From Chiloscyllium plagiosum (taxonomy: Eukaryota), in contig NC_057719.1 in the NCBI RefSeq assembly GCF_004010195.1, forward strand, positions 91,911,800 to 91,931,799: DNA of 20,000 nt, read 5' to 3'. The first letter of the stretch is position 1. Each line of letters starts with the position of its first letter. The translations under genes and the position numbers were made by a program. Shown here one piece after another: positions 19,699 to 20,000 of the stretch. The notes beneath the pieces were generated by a model that was given only the letters and a program-made list of their open reading frames with translations, had not been told where the DNA came from and did not search any database.

Positions 19699-20000
19699 TG
19701 GATTAGTGGTGCTGGAAGAGCACAGCAGTTCAGGCAGCATCCGACGAGCAGCAAAATCGACGTTTCTGGCAAAAGCCCTTCATCAGGAATAAAGGCAGAG
19801 AGCCTGAAGCGTGGAGAGATAAGCTAGAGGAGGGTGGGGGTAGGGATAGAGTAGCATAGAGTACAATGGGTGAGTGGGGGAGGGGATGAAGGTGATAGGT
19901 CAGGGAGGAGAGGGTGGAGTGGATAGGTGGAAAAGGAGATAGGCAGGTCGGACAAGTCCGGACAAGTCAAGGGGACAGTGCGGAGCTGGAAGTTTGAAAC
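19699..20000 (-). mobile_element. Penelope-like element terminus/3' UTR, continuing beyond the window
   Basis: Homologous to 1750-2010 and contains a hammerhead core. Confidence 0.75.
19755..19790 (-). ncRNA. Minimal type-I hammerhead ribozyme motif, core intact, helix II closing pair mismatched
   Basis: Minus strand: AUUC-CUGAUGA-A-GGGC UUUU GCCA-GAAACGUC-GAUU. Confidence 0.7.

Overview
This is a eukaryotic, repeat-dense, apparently non-coding window, most likely from a cartilaginous fish (shark); this is inferred from six HE1-type V-SINEs and Deu-domain SINEs. I found no credible host protein-coding exon, and the long ORFs are tandem-repeat or decayed-transposon artefacts. The window is a nested mosaic of CR1, L2 and Rex1/Babar LINE remnants, tRNA-derived SINEs, a tiny Tigger-like MITE and two homogeneous tandem arrays (16-bp and 18-bp units). 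It also holds six pieces of Penelope-like elements (PLEs). The most interesting signal is that four PLE ends carry a minimal type-I hammerhead ribozyme motif (CUGANGA-helix II-GAAACGU). Two short insertions bounded by target-site duplications (TSDs), at 7573-7726 and 9480-9680, are fold-back hairpins whose inversion point lies in the ribozyme. Family names come from recalled consensus similarity, not a database search, and the boundaries of old repeats are approximate.
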